Assembly (NCBI GenBank): GCA_034439815.1
Contig: JAWXBD010000173.1
Span: 1,874 to 65,873 of the forward strand
Source: Phycisphaerae bacterium
GTDB taxonomy: Bacteria; Planctomycetota; Phycisphaerae; Phycisphaerales; SM1A02
Reading direction: 5' to 3'
Length of the DNA stretch: 64,000 nucleotides
The notes below the pieces were generated by a model. The model was not told the DNA's origin. It saw only the letters and a program-made list of their open reading frames with translations, and did no database searches. Both the position numbers and the translations under genes were made by a program. Below are positions 54,639 through 63,296 of this stretch, piece after piece. Each line of letters begins with the position of its first letter. Position 1 is the stretch's first letter.

Positions 54639-57203
54639 ATGGAAACGGATCCCACACCTCCTGTCACCGGGGAAATCACGCTGCTTCTTTCGGCAGCGCG
54701 CGGAGGGGACGCCGACGCGATGGCGCGGCTGCTTCCGTTGGTGTACGACTTCCTGCGCGAACAGGCCGAGCGGTCGCTGCGGCGCGAGCGAAGCAGCCAC
54801 ACGCTGCAGCCGACCGCGCTGGTGCACGAGGCCTGGTTGCGGCTGGCTGACGAGCGCGATGCCCACTTTCAGGATCGCAATCACTTTCTCGCGGTCGCGG
54901 GCATGGTCATGCGGCGGATTCTGGTCGATCACGCCCGCTATCGATCCCGGCAGAAACGCGGCGGTGGCGCCAAAGTCGTCTCGTGGGAACGGACGCGCAC
55001 ACTCTTCGGAGCACTGCTGGAGCGCACGCCCGCTGACCGGCGCGTGATGCTCGCTGCCGAATCGGACGAATCGGTCCGGCGCGAAGTCGAAGCGCTGCTG
55101 GCAGCGCTCGACGAGGACGATGGTTTTCTCGCGACGCCCGCGCTGTCGAGCGCGCCGTTCGCTTCAGCGCTGCTCGATGCTTCCGACACGTTGCTCGGTG
55201 CGAACATCGGTGGCTACACCCTGCTCCGTCGCATCGGCGCCGGGGGCATGGGCGTCGTCTATGAGGCGGAGCAGGCCACACCGCGCCGCCGGGTGGCGGT
55301 CAAGCTGCTGCGCTCGGAGTTCGCCGAGCGCGGCACGCTGCATCGATTTCGTCGTGAAGCGGAACTGCTCGGACGGCTCCAGCATCCGGGGATCGCTGCA
55401 GTCCACGAGGCCGGCGTGGCCCCTGATCCGCATGGACAGCCCGGGCGGGAGCGGCCGTTCTGCGCGATGGAGCTGGTCGTCGGCGTGCCGGTGACCGCGT
55501 ATGTCGATGAACACAAACTGCAGCTTGGCGAGCGCATCGAACTCATCGCACAGATCTGTGACGCCGTTGATCATGCGCATCGGCGCGGCGTGCTCCACCG
55601 CGACATCAAGCCCGCGAACATTCTCGTCACAGCCGATGGCAGTCCGAAAGTGCTCGACTTCGGCATCGCCCGCGCGCCCGACGCACAACCGGCCGCGACG
55701 CTCGACACTGCGCACGGGGACATTGTCGGCACGCTGGGCACCATGAGTCCTGAGCAGCTGCGCGGTGATCGCGAGATTGACGCGCGCAGTGACGTCTACT
55801 CGCTGGGCGTGCTTGCGTACGAGCTGTTGAGCGGCCGACCTCCGTTTGATGTTCGCGCCCGTGATGTCGCCGCCGCGTTTCGTCACGTGCTCGACCACGA
55901 GCCGACCTCCATCGGCCGGCTGCGCCGCGACCTGCGCGGTGATGTCGAGACGGTGGTGACGACCGCGATGGAGAAGGATCCGCAGCGCCGCTATGCGACG
56001 GCGGCGGCGCTGGCGAGCGATCTGCGGGCGTGCAGGGACCGCCGCCCGATCGCCGCGCGGCCGCCGAGCGTGCTGTATCGCAGCGGGCGATTCGTGCAGC
56101 GCAACCGCGCACTGGTCGGTGTGACGACGCTCGCGTTCGCAGCCGTGTGCACGGCCGCGATCTGGGCGCTGGTGTCGCTGCAGGCGGCGACTCGATCGGC
56201 GGAGCGTTCGCGCCGGAGCAACACCAGTCTGATCGGCCCCCTTGAGTGGCTTGACCCGGTGAAGGCCGGCGGCCCGAAAGCGGATCTCGTTGACGCGCTG
56301 GACGAAGCGGAGCGGCTGACCGCGGAACTCGATGTCGATCCGGAAGTCGCGTATTCGGTGCGTGAGGTGCTCGGGCTCCGTTACTTCTCGGTCGGCAATT
56401 TCGAGAAGGCGGCGCTGCACCACGCCGAGTCGCTGCGCGTCGCCGAAGAGCTGCACGGTCCGAGTTCCGCGCAGGCAGCAACATCGCTGCTGAATCTCGG
56501 CATGGCCTACCGCAAGCTCGGGCAGCGCGACGCGGCCATCGCAGCTCAGGAACGGGGACTCGCCATTCGCCGTGATGCGCTGCGCCTGCGCGACACGTCG
56601 CTAGCGGAGTCAGAGAACGCGCTGGGTGCCGCGCTCTTCGAAGCGGGTCGCGTCCCCGAAGCGATCGGTCACTTTGAGCGGGCGCTGCGCGTTGAGAAAT
56701 CTCGTCCCGATGCATCGCCAGCTGACATCGCGACGGGGTGCCGCAACCTCTTCCTCGCATATCTCCGGGCCGGCCGCACCACCGAGAGCGCGGCTGCGGC
56801 CGAGGAGTCGATCGCACAGAACAAGCTTGCTGGTGTTGATCCGCTCGATGACGCGAGTTTCCGCACCTTCGCCGGCACCGCGCTGCTGCACGGTGGGCAG
56901 GCGGAACTCGCGCTCGAGATGTACCAGGCTGCGTATGCGATCCGCAGCCAGCTCCTGCCGTTGCGTCACGCCGACCTCAACGCGAGCCGTTCGTCGCTTG
57001 CCAACACGCTCACGCTGCTGGGCCGCCCGCGTGAAGCGGTTCCCTATCTGCGCGACCACATTCGCTACGACGACACGCCTGGTCCCAATCCGGTGGCGAG
57101 CGTGGGCTGGATGGCGGGGACGATGATCAAGGCGCTGCGCGAAAGCGGCGATGAGTCAGCCGCCGCCGAGGTCGAGCGCATGCTGCGCGAGGCAACGGAA
57201 TGA
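54639..57203 (+). CDS. fusion: ECF-sigma region-2-like N-terminal domain, Ser/Thr protein kinase, TM segment, TPR repeats
   Basis: 854 aa. The N-terminus ITLLLSAARGGDADAMARLLPLVYDFLREQA...ALVHEAWLRL parallels the ECF sigma at 2273-2917 up to ...RGGG, but the region-4 HTH is missing. The kinase part reads GAGGMGVVYEA, VAVKLL, HRDIKPANIL, DFGIA, SPEQ. The TM segment is LVGVTTLAFAAVCTAAIWALV. The TPR part reads NLGMAYRKLGQRDAAI. Confidence 0.88.
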   Translation: METDPTPPVTGEITLLLSAARGGDADAMARLLPLVYDFLREQAERSLRRERSSHTLQPTALVHEAWLRLADERDAHFQDRNHFLAVAGMVMRRILVDHARYRSRQKRGGGAKVVSWERTRTLFGALLERTPADRRVMLAAESDESVRREVEALLAALDEDDGFLATPALSSAPFASALLDASDTLLGANIGGYTLLRRIGAGGMGVVYEAEQATPRRRVAVKLLRSEFAERGTLHRFRREAELLGRLQHPGIAAVHEAGVAPDPHGQPGRERPFCAMELVVGVPVTAYVDEHKLQLGERIELIAQICDAVDHAHRRGVLHRDIKPANILVTADGSPKVLDFGIARAPDAQPAATLDTAHGDIVGTLGTMSPEQLRGDREIDARSDVYSLGVLAYELLSGRPPFDVRARDVAAAFRHVLDHEPTSIGRLRRDLRGDVETVVTTAMEKDPQRRYATAAALASDLRACRDRRPIAARPPSVLYRSGRFVQRNRALVGVTTLAFAAVCTAAIWALVSLQAATRSAERSRRSNTSLIGPLEWLDPVKAGGPKADLVDALDEAERLTAELDVDPEVAYSVREVLGLRYFSVGNFEKAALHHAESLRVAEELHGPSSAQAATSLLNLGMAYRKLGQRDAAIAAQERGLAIRRDALRLRDTSLAESENALGAALFEAGRVPEAIGHFERALRVEKSRPDASPADIATGCRNLFLAYLRAGRTTESAAAAEESIAQNKLAGVDPLDDASFRTFAGTALLHGGQAELALEMYQAAYAIRSQLLPLRHADLNASRSSLANTLTLLGRPREAVPYLRDHIRYDDTPGPNPVASVGWMAGTMIKALRESGDESAAAEVERMLREATE

Positions 57204-58216
57204 AGGACACGAGCAGTCTGCAGGAATCGGAATGGGTCGATGGACATCTCGACATCGCGTACCTCGCGGAGTCTGGACGTGACTGCACCGTCCGCTGCCC
57301 GGATCCCGATCAGGGCTGCCTGAGTTTTCCCGATCTCCATGACGCGCCTGTGCGCATCGCCCTGGCGACGATCTTCACCGAGGCGAAGGCCCCGGGTCAG
57401 CCCGCGGGATACATCGACAGCGCTGACGTCGAAGGCGCGAGCGCCGCGGGGCGGTGTCAGCTTGCGTGGTACCAGTCGATGGAGTCGCGCGGGTTCGTCA
57501 CGATCATCCGCTCGCGCGCTGATCTCGACCGCGCGCTCGTCGTCCCGCGGGATCGCGCGCCGCTCGCCGTTGTGTTGCTCATGGAGTGCGCCGATCCGAT
57601 GCGTTCTCCTGACGAAGTATCCTGGTGGTTCGAACAGGGCGTGCGTGTCGTCGGGCTGAGCTGGGCATACGGATCTCGATACTCCGGCGGAAACTCCGCG
57701 GGCGGAGGAATCACGCCGCTCGGCCGTGATCTCGTGGCTGCCTTCGATGCGCTCGGCATCCTGCACGATGTGTCGCACCTGTCCGACGCCAGCTTCGACG
57801 ATCTGCTCGCGCTCACCACGCGGCGCGTCGTGGCGACGCATTCCAACTGCCGCGCGCTGCTGCCGCCGAAGGAGCGCCATCTGACCGACACACAGATCAA
57901 CGCCATCGGTGCCCGCGACGGCCTTGTGGGACTCAATCTCTTTGGCCTCTTTCTCGCTTCAGAGCGCGAGGCCACGATTGAGGACTGCATGCGGCATGTC
58001 GAGCACGTCGCGGGGCTCATCGGTCCGGAGCGCACGGGACTCGGCAGCGATCTGGACGGCGGTTTCACGCCGAAGCAGCTGCCGATCGGTCTGCGCCATC
58101 CGCGCGACTACAGAGTCCTTGCAGAAGGGCTTGGCGCCCGCAGCTGGAGCGCCGCGCACATTGCCGGATTCCGCGCGGCCAACTGGCTGCGCATCCTGCG
58201 CTCGACGCTTCAGTAG
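57200..58216 (+). CDS. M19 family membrane dipeptidase-like protein
   Basis: 338 aa. VDGHLDIAY, DVSHLSDASFDD, ATHSNCRAL, LGSDLDGGF. The ATG overlaps the kinase stop (ATGA). Confidence 0.85.
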   Translation: MKDTSSLQESEWVDGHLDIAYLAESGRDCTVRCPDPDQGCLSFPDLHDAPVRIALATIFTEAKAPGQPAGYIDSADVEGASAAGRCQLAWYQSMESRGFVTIIRSRADLDRALVVPRDRAPLAVVLLMECADPMRSPDEVSWWFEQGVRVVGLSWAYGSRYSGGNSAGGGITPLGRDLVAAFDALGILHDVSHLSDASFDDLLALTTRRVVATHSNCRALLPPKERHLTDTQINAIGARDGLVGLNLFGLFLASEREATIEDCMRHVEHVAGLIGPERTGLGSDLDGGFTPKQLPIGLRHPRDYRVLAEGLGARSWSAAHIAGFRAANWLRILRSTLQ

Positions 58217-60099
58217 AGGACGCGGAAGCGGATCGTCCCGGACACTGCCTTCAGTTCCGCGATCACTTCTTCGTCATACTTTCGATTGACATCCGTGATG
58301 ACGTAGCCAACGCGTTCATCGGTGCGCAGCCCCTGACCCAGGATGTTGATCTTGCGCCGTGCGAGGATCGCGTTGACCGCGGCCATGACGCCGGGCTGGT
58401 TGCGATGAAAATGCAGGAACCGATGGGCCCGCGGAATCGTCGGCACCTGCAGGTTCGGGACGTTCACGGATCCCGCAGTGCTCCCCGTGTTCACGCACTC
58501 AACAAGGCGTGATGCGACGAACGCCCCGATATTCTGCTGCGCTTCGGCGGTGCTCCCGCCGACGTGCGGCGTCAGGATCGCACAGGAGATGCCTCGCAAT
58601 GGCGAGACGAAGGGATCCTTGTTCGACAGCGGCTCCTCGGGAAACACGTCGACTGCGGCGCCGGCGAGATGGCCCGCACGCAGCGAGCGCCCCAGCGCCT
58701 CGAGATCCACGATGTGGCCGCGGCTGAGATTGACGAAGCACGAGCCGGCTTTCATCTTGCGGAATTCGCGCTCGGCGATCAGGTGGCGATTCTCGGAGCG
58801 GCCGTCGACGTGGAGACTCACGACATCTGATTTCGTCAGCAGTTCGGTCAGCGTGCGACACTTTCGCGCGTTGCCAAGCGCGAGGCGTTCTTCGAGGTCG
58901 TAGAACAGCACGTTCATGCCGACGGCTTCGGCAACGACACTGAGCTGCGAACCGATGTGACCGTAGCCGACGATACCGAGCGTCTTGCCGCGGACCTCGC
59001 GGCATCCCGCCGCCGACTTGCGCCACGATCCGTTATGCAGCAGCGTGCTCGATTCGAACGTGCGCCGGAACATCATGATGATTTCGCCAAGCGCGAGTTC
59101 GACCACGCTGCGGGTGTTCGAGTAGGGCGCGTTGAACACAGCAATCGCGCGGTCGCTCGCCGCCGCGAGGTCCACCTGCTCAGTGCCGATGCAGAAGCAG
59201 CCGATCGCGAGCAGCCGATCGGCGTTGGCAAGGACATCGGCCGTCAGCTGCGTCTTCGAACGGATGCCCAAGAGCGACACGCCGCAGATCGACCGCGACA
59301 GCTCAGCACCAGAGAGCGCATCGCTCAGCGTTTCGACGCGGTATCCCTCGTTGCGGAGGAAGTCGGCGGCGTCCGCGTGAATGTTCTCGAGCAGCAGCGC
59401 GACCATGCGCGACTTCGGAAAGCTCGGACTGCCCGGCAGACGGTACAGCCACAGCACTTCATCGAGCGATCGAACGACGCGGTCCGCGCGCTGCACGACA
59501 CCCTCGCGTTCAACGTTCTCGCAGTACGCAACGAACTCGGTCGCCGCGCCGAGATCCCGGATTTCGCAGTCCGTTGCACCGTCACCGACAGCGATCACGG
59601 GGCCGTCAAGCGCGAGCCGCCGGACCACCTCGGCCTTGCCGCCCGGACGCGCCAGCGGCTTCGTGCGATCAAAGCCCGTGGCCACGTCCTTCGACCAGGT
59701 GAACTCGTTGCAGTGCACGTGGGACGGATCGATCCCGAGTTCTTCGCAGATCGGCAGCACGTAATCGCGAAATCCGCTGGAGACCACGTGGATGCGGTCC
59801 GCATTGCGGCGAATCACGTTCTTGTTGCGGCGAAACGACGGGCTGATCTTCGATCGCAGCAGCTTGACCACCGCATCGACGTGACGACGTTCGATGCGCA
59901 GGACGGCGAGACGCTGCGCGAGCGATGCATCGATGCCGATCGTGCCATCCATCCCTTGACGCGTGATCGCTTCGATTGATTCGATCGCGGCGTCGCGGCG
60001 CGGAGCATCGGCCAGAGCGATGCGTGCGAGTTCGTCGAGACCCTCGACCTGCACGATCGTGCTGTCGAAATCGATGATGAGCGTGGGGATCGGATCCAT
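58210..60099 (-). CDS. bifunctional phosphoserine phosphatase-like (HAD) / D-3-phosphoglycerate dehydrogenase with a C-terminal ACT domain
   Basis: 629 aa. The N-terminal HAD motif I is LIIDFDSTIVQ, with a later GDGATD. The 2-hydroxyacid dehydrogenase core is GIVGYGHIGSQ ... ILTPHVGGST. The ACT-like tail is HRFLHFHRNQPGVMAAVN. Confidence 0.88.
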   Translation of the reverse strand: MDPIPTLIIDFDSTIVQVEGLDELARIALADAPRRDAAIESIEAITRQGMDGTIGIDASLAQRLAVLRIERRHVDAVVKLLRSKISPSFRRNKNVIRRNADRIHVVSSGFRDYVLPICEELGIDPSHVHCNEFTWSKDVATGFDRTKPLARPGGKAEVVRRLALDGPVIAVGDGATDCEIRDLGAATEFVAYCENVEREGVVQRADRVVRSLDEVLWLYRLPGSPSFPKSRMVALLLENIHADAADFLRNEGYRVETLSDALSGAELSRSICGVSLLGIRSKTQLTADVLANADRLLAIGCFCIGTEQVDLAAASDRAIAVFNAPYSNTRSVVELALGEIIMMFRRTFESSTLLHNGSWRKSAAGCREVRGKTLGIVGYGHIGSQLSVVAEAVGMNVLFYDLEERLALGNARKCRTLTELLTKSDVVSLHVDGRSENRHLIAEREFRKMKAGSCFVNLSRGHIVDLEALGRSLRAGHLAGAAVDVFPEEPLSNKDPFVSPLRGISCAILTPHVGGSTAEAQQNIGAFVASRLVECVNTGSTAGSVNVPNLQVPTIPRAHRFLHFHRNQPGVMAAVNAILARRKINILGQGLRTDERVGYVITDVNRKYDEEVIAELKAVSGTIRFRVLY

Positions 60100-60202
60100 A
60101 CACGAGGCCGGACGCGAGAGTGGACACGAGCTCGCGCCGGATCGTGGGTTGTATCGCGAATCACGTCCGCCTGCACCGCCGCAGACTCCCGCCGATCGCC
60201 GG

Positions 60203-61693
60203 TCACGTGAGTTGATTCAACGGAACGCAGACGCTGCCATCAACAGTCTGCACGATCAGATGCAGCCGAATGCCGACGCCATGCAGCGGCACGACGGCCG
60301 GCGCATCGGTGGTCACCACATGACTCACGATCGTGTCGCAATCAACGCGGCCGCAGGCGAGCCGGAGGAGATCCGCATGCGCCCGTGCCCACGCTTCCAC
60401 CGGCCTCAGGGCGGCCATGCTGCTGTGGGCAACCACCAGATGCAGTGCGCCGTTCGCATCGACGGCGAGTTCCACGTCGCGGTGGGCCGGACACGAGATC
60501 GGCAGCGCATCGAGCCCAGCGATCTGCGACACCAGCGACGTCGGGCGATCGATCGCGGCGGGTGCGACCCGCGGAGCTGTGTGCACTTCGCGCGCGAGCG
60601 GCGTGATGCGCGCGCCCGGGGCGGCCGTCCCGCCGGCCGTGGCCAGTTTAGCGCCGATCACTTCGCGACCGATCGGCTTCGGCGCGAGCTTGAGTTCGGG
60701 GCGCGTCCCGCTCATCGCCAGTTCGGCTGGCGGGGAGGCGGGTGCGGACCGAGGCGCGCGGCGGATCCGACCGCTCGCGACGCGGATCCGGCGGCATACG
60801 TCGTTCAACGTCGGTTCGGGGCCGCTCTCTGCGAGCAGGAACGTGCGCCGGCCCGCCGATTCGATCGCATCCATCCGCTGATACGTTCCAGCGACCGAGA
60901 GTTCGACATCGAGAAAGGCCTTGGTGGCCTGATCGAGCTTCGCCATGACCTCGCCCACGCGCTCGTCCGAAGCGCCGAGCACCACAAGTCCGACCGGTGG
61001 CACCGGCCATCCGGCGATATGCCAGCGCTCGGCGAGATTCTTCATCACGCGGTATGCCGCCACCGTCGCAGCGTCATCCGCTCCGGTGAGCAGCGTCAAC
61101 GCGCCGGCAGGCAGCGGACCGTCGACAGCCGCTTCACCCTGCGGGCAGATCACCCAGCGCGCGGCCGCTTCCGCAAGCACATGCAGACCCTCATCGAGCG
61201 ATTCGGCCGCTTCCAGCCGTCCGCGGAACTGCGGCGCGCGGAGTAGCTCCAAGGTCAATTGCCCGCGCTCGAGTCGGACCAGCGCCGTCGGACCCTCGCG
61301 GCGCGCGATCTGATCGGCGTATTGCGTGACCCACAGCCCGCCCATGACCGGCAGGTGTCCGACGATTGCCACTTCGATGGGCGCGGTCACCACATTGCTG
61401 TCCTCGATCGATTCGTCGAGTCGGAGAGCGAACGACGTTCCTGTCGATTGCTGGGCGGCGCCGGCCGACTGCTCGATCATGTGCGGCATCAGATAGGGCA
61501 CGTCCGGACCGTCGGTCAGGAAGAGTGATGCGAGTTCGGCGTACGGATCGAACGTCAAACGCGCCGATTCCGTGGTCTCGCCCGCCTGAGGGAAGCTGGA
61601 TCGGCGCGATTGGCGCGCGAATTCCCCGCTCCCGACCAGTTGAGGCAGTTCGGCATTCGTGTTGTCGGGCCCGGCATCGGCGTCATGTCGCAT
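60203..61693 (-). CDS. hypothetical protein, partner of the upstream ParA-CBM48 gene
   Basis: 496 aa with coding-like composition, 57 nt downstream of the ParA-like gene on the same strand. I recognise no confident family. The central segment IEVAIVGHLPVMGGLWVTQYA ... LTLLTGADD is vaguely P-loop-NTPase-like but has no GK[ST]. Confidence 0.55.
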   Translation of the reverse strand: MRHDADAGPDNTNAELPQLVGSGEFARQSRRSSFPQAGETTESARLTFDPYAELASLFLTDGPDVPYLMPHMIEQSAGAAQQSTGTSFALRLDESIEDSNVVTAPIEVAIVGHLPVMGGLWVTQYADQIARREGPTALVRLERGQLTLELLRAPQFRGRLEAAESLDEGLHVLAEAAARWVICPQGEAAVDGPLPAGALTLLTGADDAATVAAYRVMKNLAERWHIAGWPVPPVGLVVLGASDERVGEVMAKLDQATKAFLDVELSVAGTYQRMDAIESAGRRTFLLAESGPEPTLNDVCRRIRVASGRIRRAPRSAPASPPAELAMSGTRPELKLAPKPIGREVIGAKLATAGGTAAPGARITPLAREVHTAPRVAPAAIDRPTSLVSQIAGLDALPISCPAHRDVELAVDANGALHLVVAHSSMAALRPVEAWARAHADLLRLACGRVDCDTIVSHVVTTDAPAVVPLHGVGIRLHLIVQTVDGSVCVPLNQLT

Positions 61694-61750
61694 ATCGATC
61701 CACCCTTGGGCACCGTCGCCCGTTGCGTCGGGCTCTGAGGCGCCATTCGA

Positions 61751-63109
61751 TCACAGCCGAGGAACAAACAGCACACTCACCTCGCGCCCGTCCGGACCCA
61801 GCTCTCGCATGGTGTTCACGGGGTCAAGCGTTTCGCGCCCGTCGACAATCAGACGATATCGATAGCGGCCGGGCGCAAGCGCCAGCACGCCTTCGAATAC
61901 ACCGAGATCCTGCCGCAGTGCGAGCGGAGCGCAGGCCCACGCATTGAAGTCCCCAACGATGCCAACCTGCATCGCAAGTCCGCGCGGCACAGCGATGCGG
62001 ACTCCAGCGGGCGACGGGCCCGGCCTCTGCAGCATCTCGATCTCTTCGCGCGTCGGCTTGGCGTTCAGTTCACGAACGCGTCGAACGAGTTCGGCGGCGC
62101 GGCTGCCGTTTGCAGCGGGAGCCGGCGCAGCGGTCGTCGCAGCGGTCGCAAGCGGCGCACCGGCTCCAATGGCGGTGTGCGGCGGCACGTGGTCCGCCGG
62201 TGCGCGCGGGGCGCTGAGCGCCGATGCAAAGGAGGCGAACGTGCGGGTGCTGAAGCCCTGAGCAACGGGTGAAGAGGGCACCGGCGCGCTGCTTGACGAT
62301 GCGGCGCGCGGCACGTCTTCTTCGCGCGGTGCTATGGGAACGTGTGCGAGCAGCCAGTCCGCGAGCGCCTCAAACTCGACATCGGCAGTCGAACCCGGGG
62401 CGTACTCGGTCACGGCCTGTCCGAGGCTGGCCGCTTCTCGCAGCACTTCGTGGTCGCCGACCACCACCGGAATCACCGCATCGGCGTAGCGATTGCGCAG
62501 TGCTTCGAGTACGTCGCGGTCGACGGCTCGGGCATCGTCGTACAGCGTCGCGAGCAGCCGGTACGGAAGCGGACGGCCGATCTTCTCGATCGTCTTGGCG
62601 ATCGTCGCGAGCTGTTTTTCTGTGCCGCGGAAACTGAAGTAACCGGTCTCGACGGGGATGATCGCTTCATCCGCGGCGCGCAGCGCGTTGAATGTGAGCA
62701 GCCCGATCGTCGGTGGACAGTCGATCAGGCAGAGGTCGAAGCGGGGCCGCAGCCAGTGGAGGACGCGGCCGAGTCGCCGATCGCGGTCCGCCATGCCGTT
62801 CAACGCGCCAGCCGCCGCCTCCAGCGCCGCAAGTCCGACGGTGCTCGGCGCGAGATGCAGATTGCGCGCGACCTCCCAGAGGAAGTCGCTGCCGTCGAGC
62901 GGTCGATCGAGGTTGCCGATGAGCACGTCGCCTATGCCGCGCTCGATCCGCGCTTCAGGGACACCGAGTCCTGCAGCGCAATGCGACTGAGGATCCATGT
63001 CGACGAGGAGCGTGCGCAGTCCGCGGCGTGCGAAAGTCGCGGCGAGGTTGATTGCCGTTGTGGTCTTGCCACAGCCGCCCTTTTGATTCACGATGGCGAT
63101 AGTGCGCAT
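61751..63109 (-). CDS. ParA/MinD-family ATPase fused to a C-terminal AMPK-beta-type carbohydrate-binding (CBM48 / glycogen-binding) domain
   Basis: I chose the start at 63109 (MRTIAIVNQKGGCGKTTTAINLA, deviant Walker A). DMDPQ, LIDCPP. An Ala/Pro-rich linker follows, then VRIAVP...VGIVGDFNAWACAPLAL...GVFEGVLALAPGRYRYRLIVDGRETLDPVN, matching the AMPK1_CBM pattern (GxFNxW ... G.Y.YkfiVDG.w..Dp.N). Confidence 0.85.
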   Translation of the reverse strand: MRTIAIVNQKGGCGKTTTAINLAATFARRGLRTLLVDMDPQSHCAAGLGVPEARIERGIGDVLIGNLDRPLDGSDFLWEVARNLHLAPSTVGLAALEAAAGALNGMADRDRRLGRVLHWLRPRFDLCLIDCPPTIGLLTFNALRAADEAIIPVETGYFSFRGTEKQLATIAKTIEKIGRPLPYRLLATLYDDARAVDRDVLEALRNRYADAVIPVVVGDHEVLREAASLGQAVTEYAPGSTADVEFEALADWLLAHVPIAPREEDVPRAASSSSAPVPSSPVAQGFSTRTFASFASALSAPRAPADHVPPHTAIGAGAPLATAATTAAPAPAANGSRAAELVRRVRELNAKPTREEIEMLQRPGPSPAGVRIAVPRGLAMQVGIVGDFNAWACAPLALRQDLGVFEGVLALAPGRYRYRLIVDGRETLDPVNTMRELGPDGREVSVLFVPRL

Positions 63110-63296
63110 AGCTGGATTAATTTCGGGATGCAGCCTCGACAAACGTCCGTTCGATGCTTTCTCCCCGACACACACGTCCAGTCCGCTTTATCGGCGAACC
63201 GTTGCTCGACGCTGTGGCTTTGGTCCCCCACCACTGCGGCCTTCGACAATACCGGCCCAAGTCCGGCGCAAGCAAAGGGAATCGGACGACAGCGTA

